A DNA stretch of 61,030 nt from a virus (lineage: Duplodnaviria > Caudoviricetes): IMG/VR virus record IMGVR_UViG_3300030099_002804, positions 1 through 61,030 of that record; one strand, written 5' to 3'. The translations under genes were made by a program, and so were the position numbers. The notes under the pieces were generated by a model that did no database searches, was not told the DNA's origin, and was given only the letters and a program-made list of their open reading frames with translations. Positions 1-10,396 of this stretch are shown here, piece after piece. Positions within the stretch are counted from its first letter, which is position 1, and each line of letters begins with the position of its first letter.

Positions 1-58
1 TGTTAGCAGTTAGCGCAGTACCGCTTGTTTGATTACCAACCCAATATTTGTTTGCCAT
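1..58 (-). CDS. N-terminal fragment (MANKYWVGNQTSGTALTAN) of the virion fibre/adhesin gene that continues from the right window end
   Basis: ATG at 58 follows the stop of 65..457. The frame runs off the left end, and the YWVG peptide fits the ANW...P..DD.IF sequence open at the right end. Confidence 0.65.
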   Translation of the reverse strand, partial: MANKYWVGNQTSGTALTAN

Positions 59-64
59 TTAGCA

Positions 65-457
65 TCAACTCGAAGTTAGACGAGTTGTTGTTTTACCACT
101 TGCGAATGCTGAACCTTCACCTTCTGAGATTAATTTCAGTGCTTGGTCTGCCCTTGTTTGAAAGGTCTTAATCTGTTCAGCAAACCGGCGGTCATATACA
201 CTACGCTCATCTTCGCTATAATATGTTGCCACCGTATTGATTAGGATATTTAGACAGTCAAGAGCAACCAGCATTTTGATTGCCCCTTCTTTGAGGTCAG
301 TAGTAACTTCGTTATCAGCCGTAACACCGTAACGGGAGCCTCGGGCAACCTTGTTGACTTCATTAGTGCGAATGGTAATCATTTCACTAATGGTTCCTTC
401 GTTTAGACCCTTTGGCCTGTTGAGAAGGTCACGAATGTTATCAGTCGTTACTGCCAT
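65..457 (-). CDS. putative head-tail connector/head completion protein
   Basis: ~130 aa helical protein two genes after the major capsid protein. Start MAVTTDNIRDLL follows a GGTGGG RBS. Called by position. Confidence 0.45.
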   Translation of the reverse strand: MAVTTDNIRDLLNRPKGLNEGTISEMITIRTNEVNKVARGSRYGVTADNEVTTDLKEGAIKMLVALDCLNILINTVATYYSEDERSVYDRRFAEQIKTFQTRADQALKLISEGEGSAFASGKTTTRLTSS

Positions 458-797
458 CAGTCCCACCTACACCCCATCTGTCGTTAAAGTCTTTTGGAAC
501 ATCAAGGACTACGCAATCTTGGGGTATGAGGGTTGAGCGACCTATGATATACACCAACTGTGACTCAGCAATCATCTCAGCAAACCTACTGTTTGGCACC
601 CAGTATAGGGTTTCAAACTCCAATAGATTTGCTGGATTACCGGGCTTGCGGGATGGCGGGATGGCTAATCTAAATAGAAAGCCATTCCCGTCAATCCAGT
701 GTTCCGCCATATGGCGTAAATCGGCAACCTTGGTATTCAAGGTTGGCGTAATCCCCTTAGCCTTTAGTGCTTTGAGTAGTTTAGTCTTATCAGACAA
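441..797 (-). CDS. hypothetical head-module protein
   Basis: ORF directly after the capsid gene, overlapping the next gene. Confidence 0.5.
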   Translation of the reverse strand: MSDKTKLLKALKAKGITPTLNTKVADLRHMAEHWIDGNGFLFRLAIPPSRKPGNPANLLEFETLYWVPNSRFAEMIAESQLVYIIGRSTLIPQDCVVLDVPKDFNDRWGVGGTDGSND

Positions 798-810
798 GTA
801 AAACCCTCAA

Positions 811-1737
811 TCACAGGCAACCGGTGATGGTACAGATTCTCATGTTTTTGCCAGCCGCCGCACCGTCTTGGTGTTCGTGGATGACGCTACCCATGTAAGA
901 AGTTAGAAGCCATGAGAAACCGACACCCTCGATACGAGTCAATTCGGTCTCTTGGAATCCAGCACCGTTGTATTGGAAAAACTCAGCAGTTTCAGCACCC
1001 GGTACCATTAGGATAGCACCGACTGTACCTGCTCCACCAGCAGGGATAGCGTTGCCTGTTCCGTAGTCACGGGTGTAGTAAATGTCAAGTCCGATTTGGG
1101 AGTTTAGTCTCTCCTGTAGGGACATCAATACATTTGTGTAAAGGCGAGTGTTTAGCATGTCACCACGCAATTCAGCAGGTAGTACAAGTGCAAGTCTCTC
1201 GTTACCGGAAACTCTTGCGTTCTTGAAAATCAAGTCCATAGCGTTTAGGACATCTGCCTCCGGGTCTGCTCCACCAGCACTCCATAGTGCAGTAGCCGCT
1301 TGAGCCTGTCCAGCACCAGCAACCAACTTTGTTAGAATGTGGTTGTCGATTAGGTCTGCTCTTGCTTGGATGATAGCCATTTGTTGACGGTTCATGTTTT
1401 CCCATGTTTCGCCACGAAGTAGTGTGGAGTCAAGGAAAACACATCGGCCCTGTCCCTTCTCAAGTTTGACTGAGTAGTTTTCGGTTCCAATCTTGGTTGG
1501 GTCAACAACTGCGTTGTCATCAAGTGGGTATGTGAAGGTTCCGCTTGCACCAGTGTACCATGTGAAGGATAACCAGTTAACATTACGGGTTCCAACCAAC
1601 TTTGTTCCAATAGCGATTGTAGTGGACTGAAGTTGGATAAAGTCCCTAAGTGTTTGCTCTAATACTGCGTCACCCTTGCCGAATGGGCCAGTTGCCGCAG
1701 ATACATTCAAGATATTTTCTAAAGATTCGTTTGCCAT
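811..1737 (-). CDS. major capsid protein (HK97 fold)
   Basis: 308 aa, strong GGAGATG RBS, canonical order portal-protease/scaffold-decoration-capsid. Confidence 0.75.
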   Translation of the reverse strand: MANESLENILNVSAATGPFGKGDAVLEQTLRDFIQLQSTTIAIGTKLVGTRNVNWLSFTWYTGASGTFTYPLDDNAVVDPTKIGTENYSVKLEKGQGRCVFLDSTLLRGETWENMNRQQMAIIQARADLIDNHILTKLVAGAGQAQAATALWSAGGADPEADVLNAMDLIFKNARVSGNERLALVLPAELRGDMLNTRLYTNVLMSLQERLNSQIGLDIYYTRDYGTGNAIPAGGAGTVGAILMVPGAETAEFFQYNGAGFQETELTRIEGVGFSWLLTSYMGSVIHEHQDGAAAGKNMRICTITGCL

Positions 1738-1766
1738 TTTTCATCATCTCCTATTTTTTATTGTCA

Positions 1767-2231
1767 TCAAGCAATTGCCGCCCCGTGAGTAGCAACTCGA
1801 ATTAATGCTCCTTCAGTAGCACCGGTTGAATCAGTGTTACCACCAAGAGGAGCCGAAAGTGCGGTTGCGGTGTGTGCGCCATCACCGACATATATTCCTA
1901 GTTTTTTGTTTGAACCGACAGTGGAGGTAGCAAGTCCGTTTGCACCGACATATACTGTTGCTCCAATGTTGAAGGTTGATGCCGCATCAACTTGTACAAG
2001 TAGTACGCCACCAAGAGGGTAATATGATACTGTAGCATTAGCCGCTTCAAGAGCCCCTGCTGCATCACGGCTGCTTTCACCAGCAGTTACGCCAATGCAA
2101 ATACCTGCCGCAGCAGTTTCTTGTACTTTGTTTGTGCCGGAGCCGCCGGACCCGTTGATTATTAGTCTGCCACTGCCTCTAAAGTATGTGCCATCGACTA
2201 CATCTGCGTTAATTGGTTGTGTTCTGTCCAT
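1767..2231 (-). CDS. capsid decoration/cement protein (DUF2190-like)
   Basis: Gly/Ala-rich 154 aa protein with a GATVYVGANG...KKLGI pattern, between scaffold and capsid genes. Confidence 0.6.
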   Translation of the reverse strand: MDRTQPINADVVDGTYFRGSGRLIINGSGGSGTNKVQETAAAGICIGVTAGESSRDAAGALEAANATVSYYPLGGVLLVQVDAASTFNIGATVYVGANGLATSTVGSNKKLGIYVGDGAHTATALSAPLGGNTDSTGATEGALIRVATHGAAIA

Positions 2232-2247
2232 CTTTAATCATCTCCAT

Positions 2248-4512
2248 TTAGTTGGTTAACTCCTCATACTTTAGTGCAGGTGTTTCATCAGATGCGATAA
2301 AGCCGTTGTAGGCATTTACCCAACTGTTGTAGCATCTTGCGTATAGGGACTGTGGGGACTCAACGAGTTGACCGTTGAGGTAGTTTGCGACTACCGGTTC
2401 TTCTGATACTTCTTCAGAAGCCTCGACAGGCTGAGAGGAAACGGACTCGACAGGTGCCATATCAATTACTGGCTCGCTGACTGGTTCCGGGCGGGAAGCC
2501 TCCCAAGAAGCAATCATGCTTTCAAGGGTTTCCTTTGTAAAGTCATCGTGGCCGCTTAGTCCCAAATCTGAGGCTTTGCGTACCAATTCCATTCTATCTT
2601 CTTCTGCTCTTGCAGTTTCAGCCGCCTCGAACTCAGCGATTCGAGCCTTTTCCAAAACCAAAGAAGCCTTTAGTGCTTCAATTTCAGAAGCCATGTTTTC
2701 AATTTCGTTAACATCATCGGTCATTATCTTCACCTTCGACTGAACAGGGCTACTATCGGTTTGATACTTAATAGTTTCATTCGCTTCAACCCTTTCGACT
2801 TTTTCTATGTTAGCCTCGGGGTACGCCGGTCTGTGTACAATTGCTAAGTGGTCAAACTTGAAATCGTCTGCGAACCACATAGTAGGCCGACCGCCCTCAA
2901 CTTCAGCCTCAATAACTTCAGACGGGACACCTGTGCCGCCGATAGATACTCCGTAATCGGTCTTCATCCATAGGCCGGACTCAAGAGCCTCAAATAATTC
3001 CGGTCTGCGTACTTCTGCTACATACTTTACTATGTAGCCGCCATTCCTTGCGTGATAGGAACCCTTTGTAACGGTTCCTACAATAGCCTCATCAACTCCA
3101 CCATTCATGTTACGGGTGAATCTGCCGTTTTGTGCTTTAGGATGATTTAGTGTTACATCTGCGCCAACCATATCATCTGCCAGCCTTTTAGCCAACTGTG
3201 GCCTAATACCCCATGAGTTTTTGTTGATTCCTTCGTGGAATGCGGTTCCGCTAATTCTAATAATTGTTTCACCAGTAGTGGCTACAATAGAAGTTTCGAC
3301 TTCAAGAATGTCAATGTCCAAAGTAACTGCAACTCTAACACATTTACCATCACGCATTTCCTTGCCGGGTGGACAGGTGTCACCATAGTCGCTCATGTAT
3401 TCATCCTTCTTTTTGTAACCTTCGACTTCTTCACGCTTCGGTGGAATGTCCTTGCCTTGGTTCTTTTCCATGTATTCTTCATGAGTTTTTCCGGGCATAT
3501 AGACCTTCATTCCATCTTCTTCATGTGTGTGTATGCCATCAAGCCCCATTTCCTTTGCTCTATCCATAGCCTCTCCCGGATTGTCGAATACATCTTTGCG
3601 AATCATCTTGGATATAAACTCCTCAAACATCTGCTCCTCAGAAGCCTTTCGTGGGTGTCCCTTTGGCAATAGGTCATTGTCTTGTGTGTATTTAGGATTA
3701 GATGGCTTGCCGCTTCTAACTAACTTTAGGAATGCGTTGACTCTTGCCATAGACCAAGCCGCCCTTGAAACTCCGGGCCTGTGAGAAGTGGAGTATGCGC
3801 CTGCACCCCTACGATAAACCGACTTGAGCATACCAAGTGTTACTTTGCGGTCAGATTTTTCGTTATGTTCGGCTACCTTCTTTTTTAGTGAGTTAGTAAC
3901 TGCTTCTGAAAAAGTAATCTTGCCGCTTGAATCTTTAGCAGAATCCTTTTTGTTTTTTGGAGAGCCTTTGATTCTATCTTTTTTAGGGGCTGGTGTGTCC
4001 GGGTCACTTGCGCTAAGTGGTTCGTCATCACAACAGTCGCTACCGCAACCACAATCTTCGTCAGCCTTTACCTTAGCACCACTGCGCCATTGATAGCAAG
4101 ACCAGTATCGGGCTTTCCACTTTGGGCCGGGACTTGCACAATTATGTCTGTCACGGAATGCTTTGCGTCGAGCAGGGTCATCACGCTTGATTTCCATGTT
4201 AGGGTCGCCAAAACGGACTATGACTACTTTGCCGGATTCATTCTTTGTATATACTGCAAACTTTTTGCTTTCGCCCGGTGTGCGGAATGGTTTGTTTAGT
4301 GTGACTTTGCGACCTTGATATTCAGCCGCCGTTACATCTTCTGCGCCCCAATCTTCGTATTCTTCTGAGGCGGTTTTATCTTTGTCATCATAATAAGAAC
4401 TGCATACTGCGGCTCTTTGTTGAGGATTACCAAACTCGTCATTCATTTTATCATCGGCCATACAACGGCTCATAAAATCATCACGGCTTTCGCTCGGATT
4501 AGGGGTTGGCAT
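2248..4512 (-). CDS. prohead maturation protease/scaffold fusion with N-terminal accessory domains
   Basis: Protease-like motifs GTAFHEGINKN, TLNH, VSIGG, DHLAIVHRPAY followed by an acidic coiled-coil C-terminus. Confidence 0.7.
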   Translation of the reverse strand: MPTPNPSESRDDFMSRCMADDKMNDEFGNPQQRAAVCSSYYDDKDKTASEEYEDWGAEDVTAAEYQGRKVTLNKPFRTPGESKKFAVYTKNESGKVVIVRFGDPNMEIKRDDPARRKAFRDRHNCASPGPKWKARYWSCYQWRSGAKVKADEDCGCGSDCCDDEPLSASDPDTPAPKKDRIKGSPKNKKDSAKDSSGKITFSEAVTNSLKKKVAEHNEKSDRKVTLGMLKSVYRRGAGAYSTSHRPGVSRAAWSMARVNAFLKLVRSGKPSNPKYTQDNDLLPKGHPRKASEEQMFEEFISKMIRKDVFDNPGEAMDRAKEMGLDGIHTHEEDGMKVYMPGKTHEEYMEKNQGKDIPPKREEVEGYKKKDEYMSDYGDTCPPGKEMRDGKCVRVAVTLDIDILEVETSIVATTGETIIRISGTAFHEGINKNSWGIRPQLAKRLADDMVGADVTLNHPKAQNGRFTRNMNGGVDEAIVGTVTKGSYHARNGGYIVKYVAEVRRPELFEALESGLWMKTDYGVSIGGTGVPSEVIEAEVEGGRPTMWFADDFKFDHLAIVHRPAYPEANIEKVERVEANETIKYQTDSSPVQSKVKIMTDDVNEIENMASEIEALKASLVLEKARIAEFEAAETARAEEDRMELVRKASDLGLSGHDDFTKETLESMIASWEASRPEPVSEPVIDMAPVESVSSQPVEASEEVSEEPVVANYLNGQLVESPQSLYARCYNSWVNAYNGFIASDETPALKYEELTN

Positions 4513-4523
4513 AACTACCTGTG

Positions 4524-5000
4524 TTAGCGGTCTGACTTAATATCATTTCTCCATATTTGCTGGCCTTCTAAAACTATACTTTCATATAACCAGTCGGGCA
4601 TCAAATCTTGAATATCTTCTGCGGTGTTGACTTTAGTGTAGCCTAATTTTGTTACAACCTTGACTAAGTTTTGCATTTGTGTATCTTCAATTGGATTGAT
4701 GACTGTTACCTTGCTTATGTTCTGCATATGTGGTGCATTGTTTCTATACTCTAATAGTAAAGTATGTAGTCCTTTGCCTCTCCAACCCCTACGAACATAA
4801 GTGTTGCCAACAAACGCATAATCACTACTCATTCGTAGGGATGATGTATATGCTATTGGTAGGTTATCTTCATACAAAACCCAGTAACAGGCTTTGTCAT
4901 AAATACCGGGATAGCCTTTATCGCTGGCTCTTGGTAACTTAGAGCCCCAAGCATTCTCTAAACCTTCGTGCGTTAAGATATAATCAAAGTGCAGATTCAC
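4524..5000 (-). CDS. GNAT-family acetyltransferase
   Basis: Acetyl-CoA binding motif A, YVRRGWRGKGL, plus C-terminal KLGY. Confidence 0.7.
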   Translation of the reverse strand: MNLHFDYILTHEGLENAWGSKLPRASDKGYPGIYDKACYWVLYEDNLPIAYTSSLRMSSDYAFVGNTYVRRGWRGKGLHTLLLEYRNNAPHMQNISKVTVINPIEDTQMQNLVKVVTKLGYTKVNTAEDIQDLMPDWLYESIVLEGQQIWRNDIKSDR

Positions 5001-5004
5001 TTTA

Positions 5005-5454
5005 TCACTTCTTTTTCTGAACAGGCTTTAGAGTAGCGACATTCAAATCGCCTCTTAGTTTATCCATTTCCTGTGAATGCTCTTGAGCCATTTGTGCAAG
5101 AAGGTGCTTGTGCTTTTGCTCTAACTTCTCTAATTCAATTACATGCTCTTTGTGCGCTCCGTCACGCTCTCGCTCATGCTTTAATTCAATAGGGATATTG
5201 TCAACTTCTTGAGTCTGCTCAGACTCCCACATACGCAACACAGTTTGTAATGCAGGTGCCGCAGTTCCGCCAATAATAGCGATAAGTGCAATAAATCCAT
5301 CAAGATTCATCAACACAACATCGGGTTTCCATATACCCATAGCAACCACTGAACCACAGGCCATAAGCCATAGATAGATTGCTGGTATAACTGTGCGCTT
5401 TACCATACGGTCGTTAAACGACTGATTCTTTTTATTCTTCATTTGTTTCACCAT
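5005..5454 (-). CDS. two-TM membrane protein with coiled-coil tail (holin-like)
   Basis: Two hydrophobic segments followed by a charged His/Glu-rich helix. Confidence 0.5.
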   Translation of the reverse strand: MVKQMKNKKNQSFNDRMVKRTVIPAIYLWLMACGSVVAMGIWKPDVVLMNLDGFIALIAIIGGTAAPALQTVLRMWESEQTQEVDNIPIELKHERERDGAHKEHVIELEKLEQKHKHLLAQMAQEHSQEMDKLRGDLNVATLKPVQKKK

Positions 5455-6832
5455 CCAAGTTTTCGGGCTTATTCTCGTTTTGCCGAGGCATCTCTCCCAT
5501 ACCGGTCTTAGTCGGAGCCTTGTATCTTTGTTTGCCTAACTCGGGCGACTCTCTCGGTAGGTCTAATTGCATACGGGCTTCGTTTAGGGTAGTAATACCT
5601 GCTTCATAAGCCAACACGGTTCTTCGAGTTGTTTCAAACGGCGATTCTTCATCCATAGGGTCAAACTCCAATTTTGGTATATCTCCTTTTCGATGAGGGA
5701 TGCCTAGCAATTCTAAGTGCTTAGAGAATAAGCGTTGAATAGACTGTCCTAAAATTGTTTGTAATCTGCGGATAGATTGCACCGACCACTGAGAAGCGTT
5801 AAATGTTGCGGCAAAGGTTGAACCACGCTCTTGACCCATAGAAACTCTAGGGACATGAAGCACTGCTGAAATGTCTGCGTTAACATTGTCTAGGAATGTT
5901 GAATTATCCGGCACTGTATTTTTCAAATCCACGAACTCCATATTAACATAATGCGGTAGGATAGGCACTTGGTCTGAGCGTAGTCCATCAAGAAGGGAAC
6001 CAACACTATCCATGATATGCTCAAGGCGTTCTGCGGCTTCATCGGGGTCTTGGATATTCTCAATAGCCTCGGGGCCAATAGTAATGTATTGTTTTGTCAG
6101 ACTATCTTCAAGTGCGATACGGTTATTCATACTGTTATACTTAGCACGAATCGCTTGTTTTAATGCGGAGAAGCGGGATGCTCCCCACACACCGTATGTC
6201 CAGCGACCCATTCTATCCATATACCAGTGAGAACGATAGTCAATCTTAATGTGCATGATTTCTTTTACAGAATACTTTGCTTTGTTTGGTGCGTTTTCCT
6301 TGTACAAGTAAAACTTAGGTTCATAGATAGCGTATTCTTTTGTAGCCGAGAATGGTATCTTTCTATCATCAACAATAGTAACTTGGCTAACAGGTAGTGA
6401 TTGAATAGCGGTTATACCAATCCCCGATTTACCTACCAATTTGTTAATATCATTTCCATAAACCATCAAATTACGCATGGCATTTATCAGGAAATCGTCG
6501 AAATCAAGAACATCTTCTGTCAAATCTTTGATTGCGCTTCTAATCTGAGCGTTGCGCCCACCAATTAATCGGTATTTGTTAGCGGTTAGTGCTATAGTCC
6601 TAACTGCTCCGTTCAACTCGGGGTCAAAGTTTAGCATGTCATCGTATAAATCAAACTCATTTGTATTGTTAAATGTAGTTTGGGTCATATCCTCAGTATC
6701 TTTTACGATATTACTAATACTAGCCGACATAATTTCAAATGGACTTTTCATTCCTTTACCAGTAGTAATCTTAACCGGTACTGGTTCTGCCGCCACGACA
6801 GAAGTTTTTTTGAAAGGGTTCCACCATGCCAT
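5432..6832 (-). CDS. portal protein
   Basis: 466 aa downstream of terminase, with motifs LMVYGN, EIMHIK, WGASRF, ALHVP-like and GITTLNEAR. Confidence 0.85.
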   Translation of the reverse strand: MAWWNPFKKTSVVAAEPVPVKITTGKGMKSPFEIMSASISNIVKDTEDMTQTTFNNTNEFDLYDDMLNFDPELNGAVRTIALTANKYRLIGGRNAQIRSAIKDLTEDVLDFDDFLINAMRNLMVYGNDINKLVGKSGIGITAIQSLPVSQVTIVDDRKIPFSATKEYAIYEPKFYLYKENAPNKAKYSVKEIMHIKIDYRSHWYMDRMGRWTYGVWGASRFSALKQAIRAKYNSMNNRIALEDSLTKQYITIGPEAIENIQDPDEAAERLEHIMDSVGSLLDGLRSDQVPILPHYVNMEFVDLKNTVPDNSTFLDNVNADISAVLHVPRVSMGQERGSTFAATFNASQWSVQSIRRLQTILGQSIQRLFSKHLELLGIPHRKGDIPKLEFDPMDEESPFETTRRTVLAYEAGITTLNEARMQLDLPRESPELGKQRYKAPTKTGMGEMPRQNENKPENLDGETNEE

Positions 6833-6859
6833 GCAATTACCTACTTATCGTGCGTTATT

Positions 6860-6994
6860 TCAAGGTTCAGTGTCCCAAATAGAGTTTTTTTGCTTTTTGC
6901 GTTTATACACCCACACCGCAACCCCAATCCAAAACAGGACTTCTAAAATTATGAGGCCGATAACACCAATGCCTATGCCATATATCTCATCCAT
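6860..6994 (-). CDS. small single-TM membrane protein (44 aa, not in ORF track)
   Basis: MDEIYGIGIGVIGLIILEVLFWIGVAVWVYKRKKQKNSIWDTEP fills the terminase-portal gap. Confidence 0.55.
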   Translation of the reverse strand: MDEIYGIGIGVIGLIILEVLFWIGVAVWVYKRKKQKNSIWDTEP

Positions 6995-6998
6995 TTAA

Positions 6999-8516
6999 TC
7001 ACAACCTAACATATTTACTCGATGATGGTCTGCGTTTATTAGTTTTTGGGTTCTTTTTATTCTTAGACCAGCCACCCATGCTGGTTGTTTTAGAAATCAT
7101 AGGCATTTGGTCGTTTTGCTTTGGTTTGAATTGGTCTATGGCATGTGCTAATGCCATAACTGTATCGTTATGTTTTCCAACATCAACAATCTCGCCGTTT
7201 TTCCAAACATGAGCCTCTAACTCATCGAGAATAATGTTGACCTTTTTCCTAGTAGCGTCATCTCCATAGGGGAATACTACTAACTTGCGCTCAAACCAAA
7301 CACGCAAGCGGTTCATTAGCCCTTGTTTGAGTCCTTTGTTGGATGCTTTGGATGGGCGATAGTCTAAGTGTCCCCCTTTTTGCTCTATGACTGTTTGGTA
7401 TAGTCGCTGAAAACCTACATCTTCAGCCGCAACTGGGGCACCGTAGTGTTTTGCCCACTCGATAATTGTGTCTGCTTGCCTATCCGGCGGGAAATCATTT
7501 TTGCGCCACATATCAACAAAATGAATATACCCCTGTTCATCTTGACGCAAACATATTAAGACGGAGTAATCTTTGCCTATACCATGAGCAGGGTCGAAAC
7601 CGAGGATGAAACGGGAACCATCGTGGAGTTGACCGTCGAAACCACTAATGGCTCCTATGTCTATGTGTTCTCGGATGAGGTGCCTGTTGAAAACTTGGGA
7701 GTCATCATCCACGACCTTGCACAAATACTCCTGTGCGAAAGCGAGGTCATCGTCTATGCTGATTTTTTGTTCCAACAAAAACTCGGTGGGTCTAAACTCG
7801 GGCCACAGTGGCAGTAGTGGGATATTATCGGGGTCGGCTCTATGCTCATCCCAATTGGGAAACGCAGACCACACGCCGGATTTCCAAACCTGCTTTGCTT
7901 TTTCGGATAGCATTTCAGTATGGTACAGGTCGGTATGAGACATTGGTGTGCCTACACAAAATAGTGATGTACCGGGGTCAAGCATAGGGGTTACTACCTT
8001 CTTAAACCATTCAGCAACGGTGTCCATAGTCATGTCACCCATTTCAGCGAGGACATCATCAAGTGCTACTACGGCTGGGTGTTCTCCACGAATAGCAGAA
8101 CCTACACCGGTCGCTTGAATCCAAGCCCCGTTAGTAAATTGAATCCTTTGTTTGTTAGAACGCTTATCATCAAGATACTTTCGTAATTCGGGATGGCGGC
8201 GCATATCCGTTTTAATTTCCTCAAGACGGTTTGTAGCCTGTCGTATGCTGGCCGAAAATAACCATATTTCCATAGGTTGCCCGTGTCTTTGCTCGAATAG
8301 ACACATATGTAGCAGTTTTACTCGGAGAGTAGCCGATTTACTGTGGGAGCGAGGAGCGATAATGCAGACACGGTGGACTTGGGCACCTTTACGATTGCCG
8401 TATAATTCCATCCACTCATCTATGTGGTCTGCCCACTTGTATTCGGGCGAGAGCCACTCATAGAAATGTTTAATGTCATGGCGTGAACGCTCGAAGTTAA
8501 AGTTGGGCATTACCAT
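6999..8516 (-). CDS. terL: terminase large subunit
   Basis: Walker A variant APRSHSKS, IRG, Walker B VVALDD, GTP motif, RNase H-like GFDPA and HNDTVMALA. Start set at the TAATG overlap with the upstream ORF. Confidence 0.92.
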   Translation of the reverse strand: MVMPNFNFERSRHDIKHFYEWLSPEYKWADHIDEWMELYGNRKGAQVHRVCIIAPRSHSKSATLRVKLLHMCLFEQRHGQPMEIWLFSASIRQATNRLEEIKTDMRRHPELRKYLDDKRSNKQRIQFTNGAWIQATGVGSAIRGEHPAVVALDDVLAEMGDMTMDTVAEWFKKVVTPMLDPGTSLFCVGTPMSHTDLYHTEMLSEKAKQVWKSGVWSAFPNWDEHRADPDNIPLLPLWPEFRPTEFLLEQKISIDDDLAFAQEYLCKVVDDDSQVFNRHLIREHIDIGAISGFDGQLHDGSRFILGFDPAHGIGKDYSVLICLRQDEQGYIHFVDMWRKNDFPPDRQADTIIEWAKHYGAPVAAEDVGFQRLYQTVIEQKGGHLDYRPSKASNKGLKQGLMNRLRVWFERKLVVFPYGDDATRKKVNIILDELEAHVWKNGEIVDVGKHNDTVMALAHAIDQFKPKQNDQMPMISKTTSMGGWSKNKKNPKTNKRRPSSSKYVRL

Positions 8517-8662
8517 TATCGCACCACCCTCATGTTGCCGCAATAAACTGTGCGCTTTTGTTTTGGACACCATTTGGTGCATGAAGTGTAACAGGCGTTT
8601 GCTTCACGACCACAGTTGTTACATTTGCGTAACTTTCTATGGAATCTGTGTCCTCCAGCCAT
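8516..8662 (-). CDS. small Cys-rich zinc-finger protein (48 aa, not in ORF track)
   Basis: MAGGHRFHRKLRKCNNCGRE...YCGNMRVVR, with a GAGGAG RBS, translationally coupled to terL. Confidence 0.5.
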   Translation of the reverse strand: MAGGHRFHRKLRKCNNCGREANACYTSCTKWCPKQKRTVYCGNMRVVR

Positions 8663-8664
8663 AC

Positions 8665-10032
8665 TTACTCCTCATGGACTACTGGTGCGAATAGAGAACC
8701 GATGTAGCCCTCCTTTTCGTCAATTAGATATGCGGCCAAACCTGCGGTGCTGGTAGTGTAACCTGCTCTTGCGTGGTATCTGTCGTGACCTGCAAGGGAT
8801 GGCATCTGTACAATTAGGCATCCGTCTTTTTCAGTTAGGCGTTGGTGGTGAAGGTGTCCGTGGAACCATACTCTATGGTCTGTCTGTCCCCACTGCTTCT
8901 TTGCTTCGTTAGCCATTAGCCCAGCAAGGCTATTGGTCTTTTTGAGTCCGTCACCGTGGGTGAATCCAAGCAGTGTTGAACCGTACACTAGGTAACGGCG
9001 GTTAAAGGAGGATATGGTAATTGTGACATCATCACAACCTTCGTATGCCGCAGATAGGTACATCATTAGTGCGATAGTGGAATGACGGTCGTGATTACCA
9101 GCCATCATTACTACTTCGACAGGTGCGATTTGTCGCATCAAGTCAATGTGTTCTCGGGCTAACTTGCATCCGGTAATAAGGATTTCAGCAGGGGAACCAC
9201 ACATATCTTGCAGTGTGCCTTTTGTGGTGGTGCCTTGGTCGTTATCAACATGGAACCAATCGGAACCAGCACCGACATAGATTTTTTCGGGAGCAGATGG
9301 GATTCTGCTAACGAGGCTTTCGGTCTTTTCCATTAGACGCTTTCGTGCCTCCTCGAAGTTGTATGTCTCGCCTACTTCATCCTCCCAGCCGTGTTTTCCC
9401 CAATGGAAATCGGTAGGGCATACTACTAGAGCGTATGGTGACGGGGCCACAGGTAATTTTAGTTTCGGCACTTTAAATGCGGCTTTTGGTAGGTCTTTGA
9501 GATAGTTTAGTTTCCACTCAAGGTCACGCCACTTAACCGCATCTTCTTCGAGTGCCTTGCGTTCACGCTTGTATATTTCCTGTGCGGCATTGTGTTTGCG
9601 CTGGGATAGCAAGTCCTCAATGTGTTGCTCGGGTTCATCGAGCAGTTGCTCGTTAGATAGCGGGACTGTGGAGTGTGTTACTTTGTGCGCTCTTTTCCAA
9701 GCCAAGAAGTGTTCAACGGGCATATCGTATTTGATTGCCATTTCGGAGGCGGTCAACGGGGTGCCGTCAAAACCGGAGTAGTCACGGAGCATGGCTCGGT
9801 GCTTTTCACCGGACATGCTGATGTCCCCAAAGGTAAGGGCCGTAATGTATGTGTCGGAGGACTCGTCGTAGGAGTATGAATCGTCTTTGACTTCGCTCTC
9901 GTAATTGATTAGGCGCATCTCCCACGCCTTCACTGTTGAGTCGGGGTAGTATTGGTTTAGTAGTCGTGCGTAGCCGATTCTGCTACCGGGGTGTTCATCC
10001 ATGTGCTTTAGTATCGTGTCTTGATGGGACAT
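8665..10032 (-). CDS. calcineurin-like metallophosphoesterase with N-terminal extension
   Basis: Motifs DFHWG, GSDWFH, GNHD, HGD and GHLH in canonical order. Confidence 0.85.
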   Translation of the reverse strand: MSHQDTILKHMDEHPGSRIGYARLLNQYYPDSTVKAWEMRLINYESEVKDDSYSYDESSDTYITALTFGDISMSGEKHRAMLRDYSGFDGTPLTASEMAIKYDMPVEHFLAWKRAHKVTHSTVPLSNEQLLDEPEQHIEDLLSQRKHNAAQEIYKRERKALEEDAVKWRDLEWKLNYLKDLPKAAFKVPKLKLPVAPSPYALVVCPTDFHWGKHGWEDEVGETYNFEEARKRLMEKTESLVSRIPSAPEKIYVGAGSDWFHVDNDQGTTTKGTLQDMCGSPAEILITGCKLAREHIDLMRQIAPVEVVMMAGNHDRHSTIALMMYLSAAYEGCDDVTITISSFNRRYLVYGSTLLGFTHGDGLKKTNSLAGLMANEAKKQWGQTDHRVWFHGHLHHQRLTEKDGCLIVQMPSLAGHDRYHARAGYTTSTAGLAAYLIDEKEGYIGSLFAPVVHEE

Positions 10033-10047
10033 TAGTTGTTGGGTGTA

Positions 10048-10063
10048 CCCGCCACTTTATCAA
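10048..10063 (-). promoter_or_regulatory. class II viral promoter (TTGATAAAGTGGCGGG)
   Basis: Near-identical to the plus-strand motif TTGATATAGTGGCGGG at 24788, and just upstream of the phosphoesterase start. Confidence 0.55.
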
Positions 10064-10195
10064 TGTTTTCCAAAAAAAATTATCAAAAAAACGCATGGTG
10101 CTTGGCTGTCCCTATATACACAGGAGAGCCGATTTTTGGCGGCTCTCGCATTAGTAAAAACAGGGCAGTTTTTCGTGATGCCCAGCACTAGAGAT

Positions 10196-10396
10196 TCAAT
10201 TCCTCAAGTCAAGAATCCACTTTGCAGCGTCTGAAGTGCCCCAGTTATCCGGTAGCATCTCAAACGGTACACAGCACCCAAATCCAAGGTTGGCCTTGGT
10301 TGCTAGTTTCTCTCCTACAATCTTCAGTGTACCACATCTGATACACCTAATCATGTTCGTCTTGTACATCTCTCTCAATTCTTTGTTACTTATCAT
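10196..10396 (-). CDS. small Cys-rich hypothetical protein
   Basis: CIRC motif, GGAGG RBS, abuts the upstream ORF. Confidence 0.5.
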   Translation of the reverse strand: MISNKELREMYKTNMIRCIRCGTLKIVGEKLATKANLGFGCCVPFEMLPDNWGTSDAAKWILDLRN

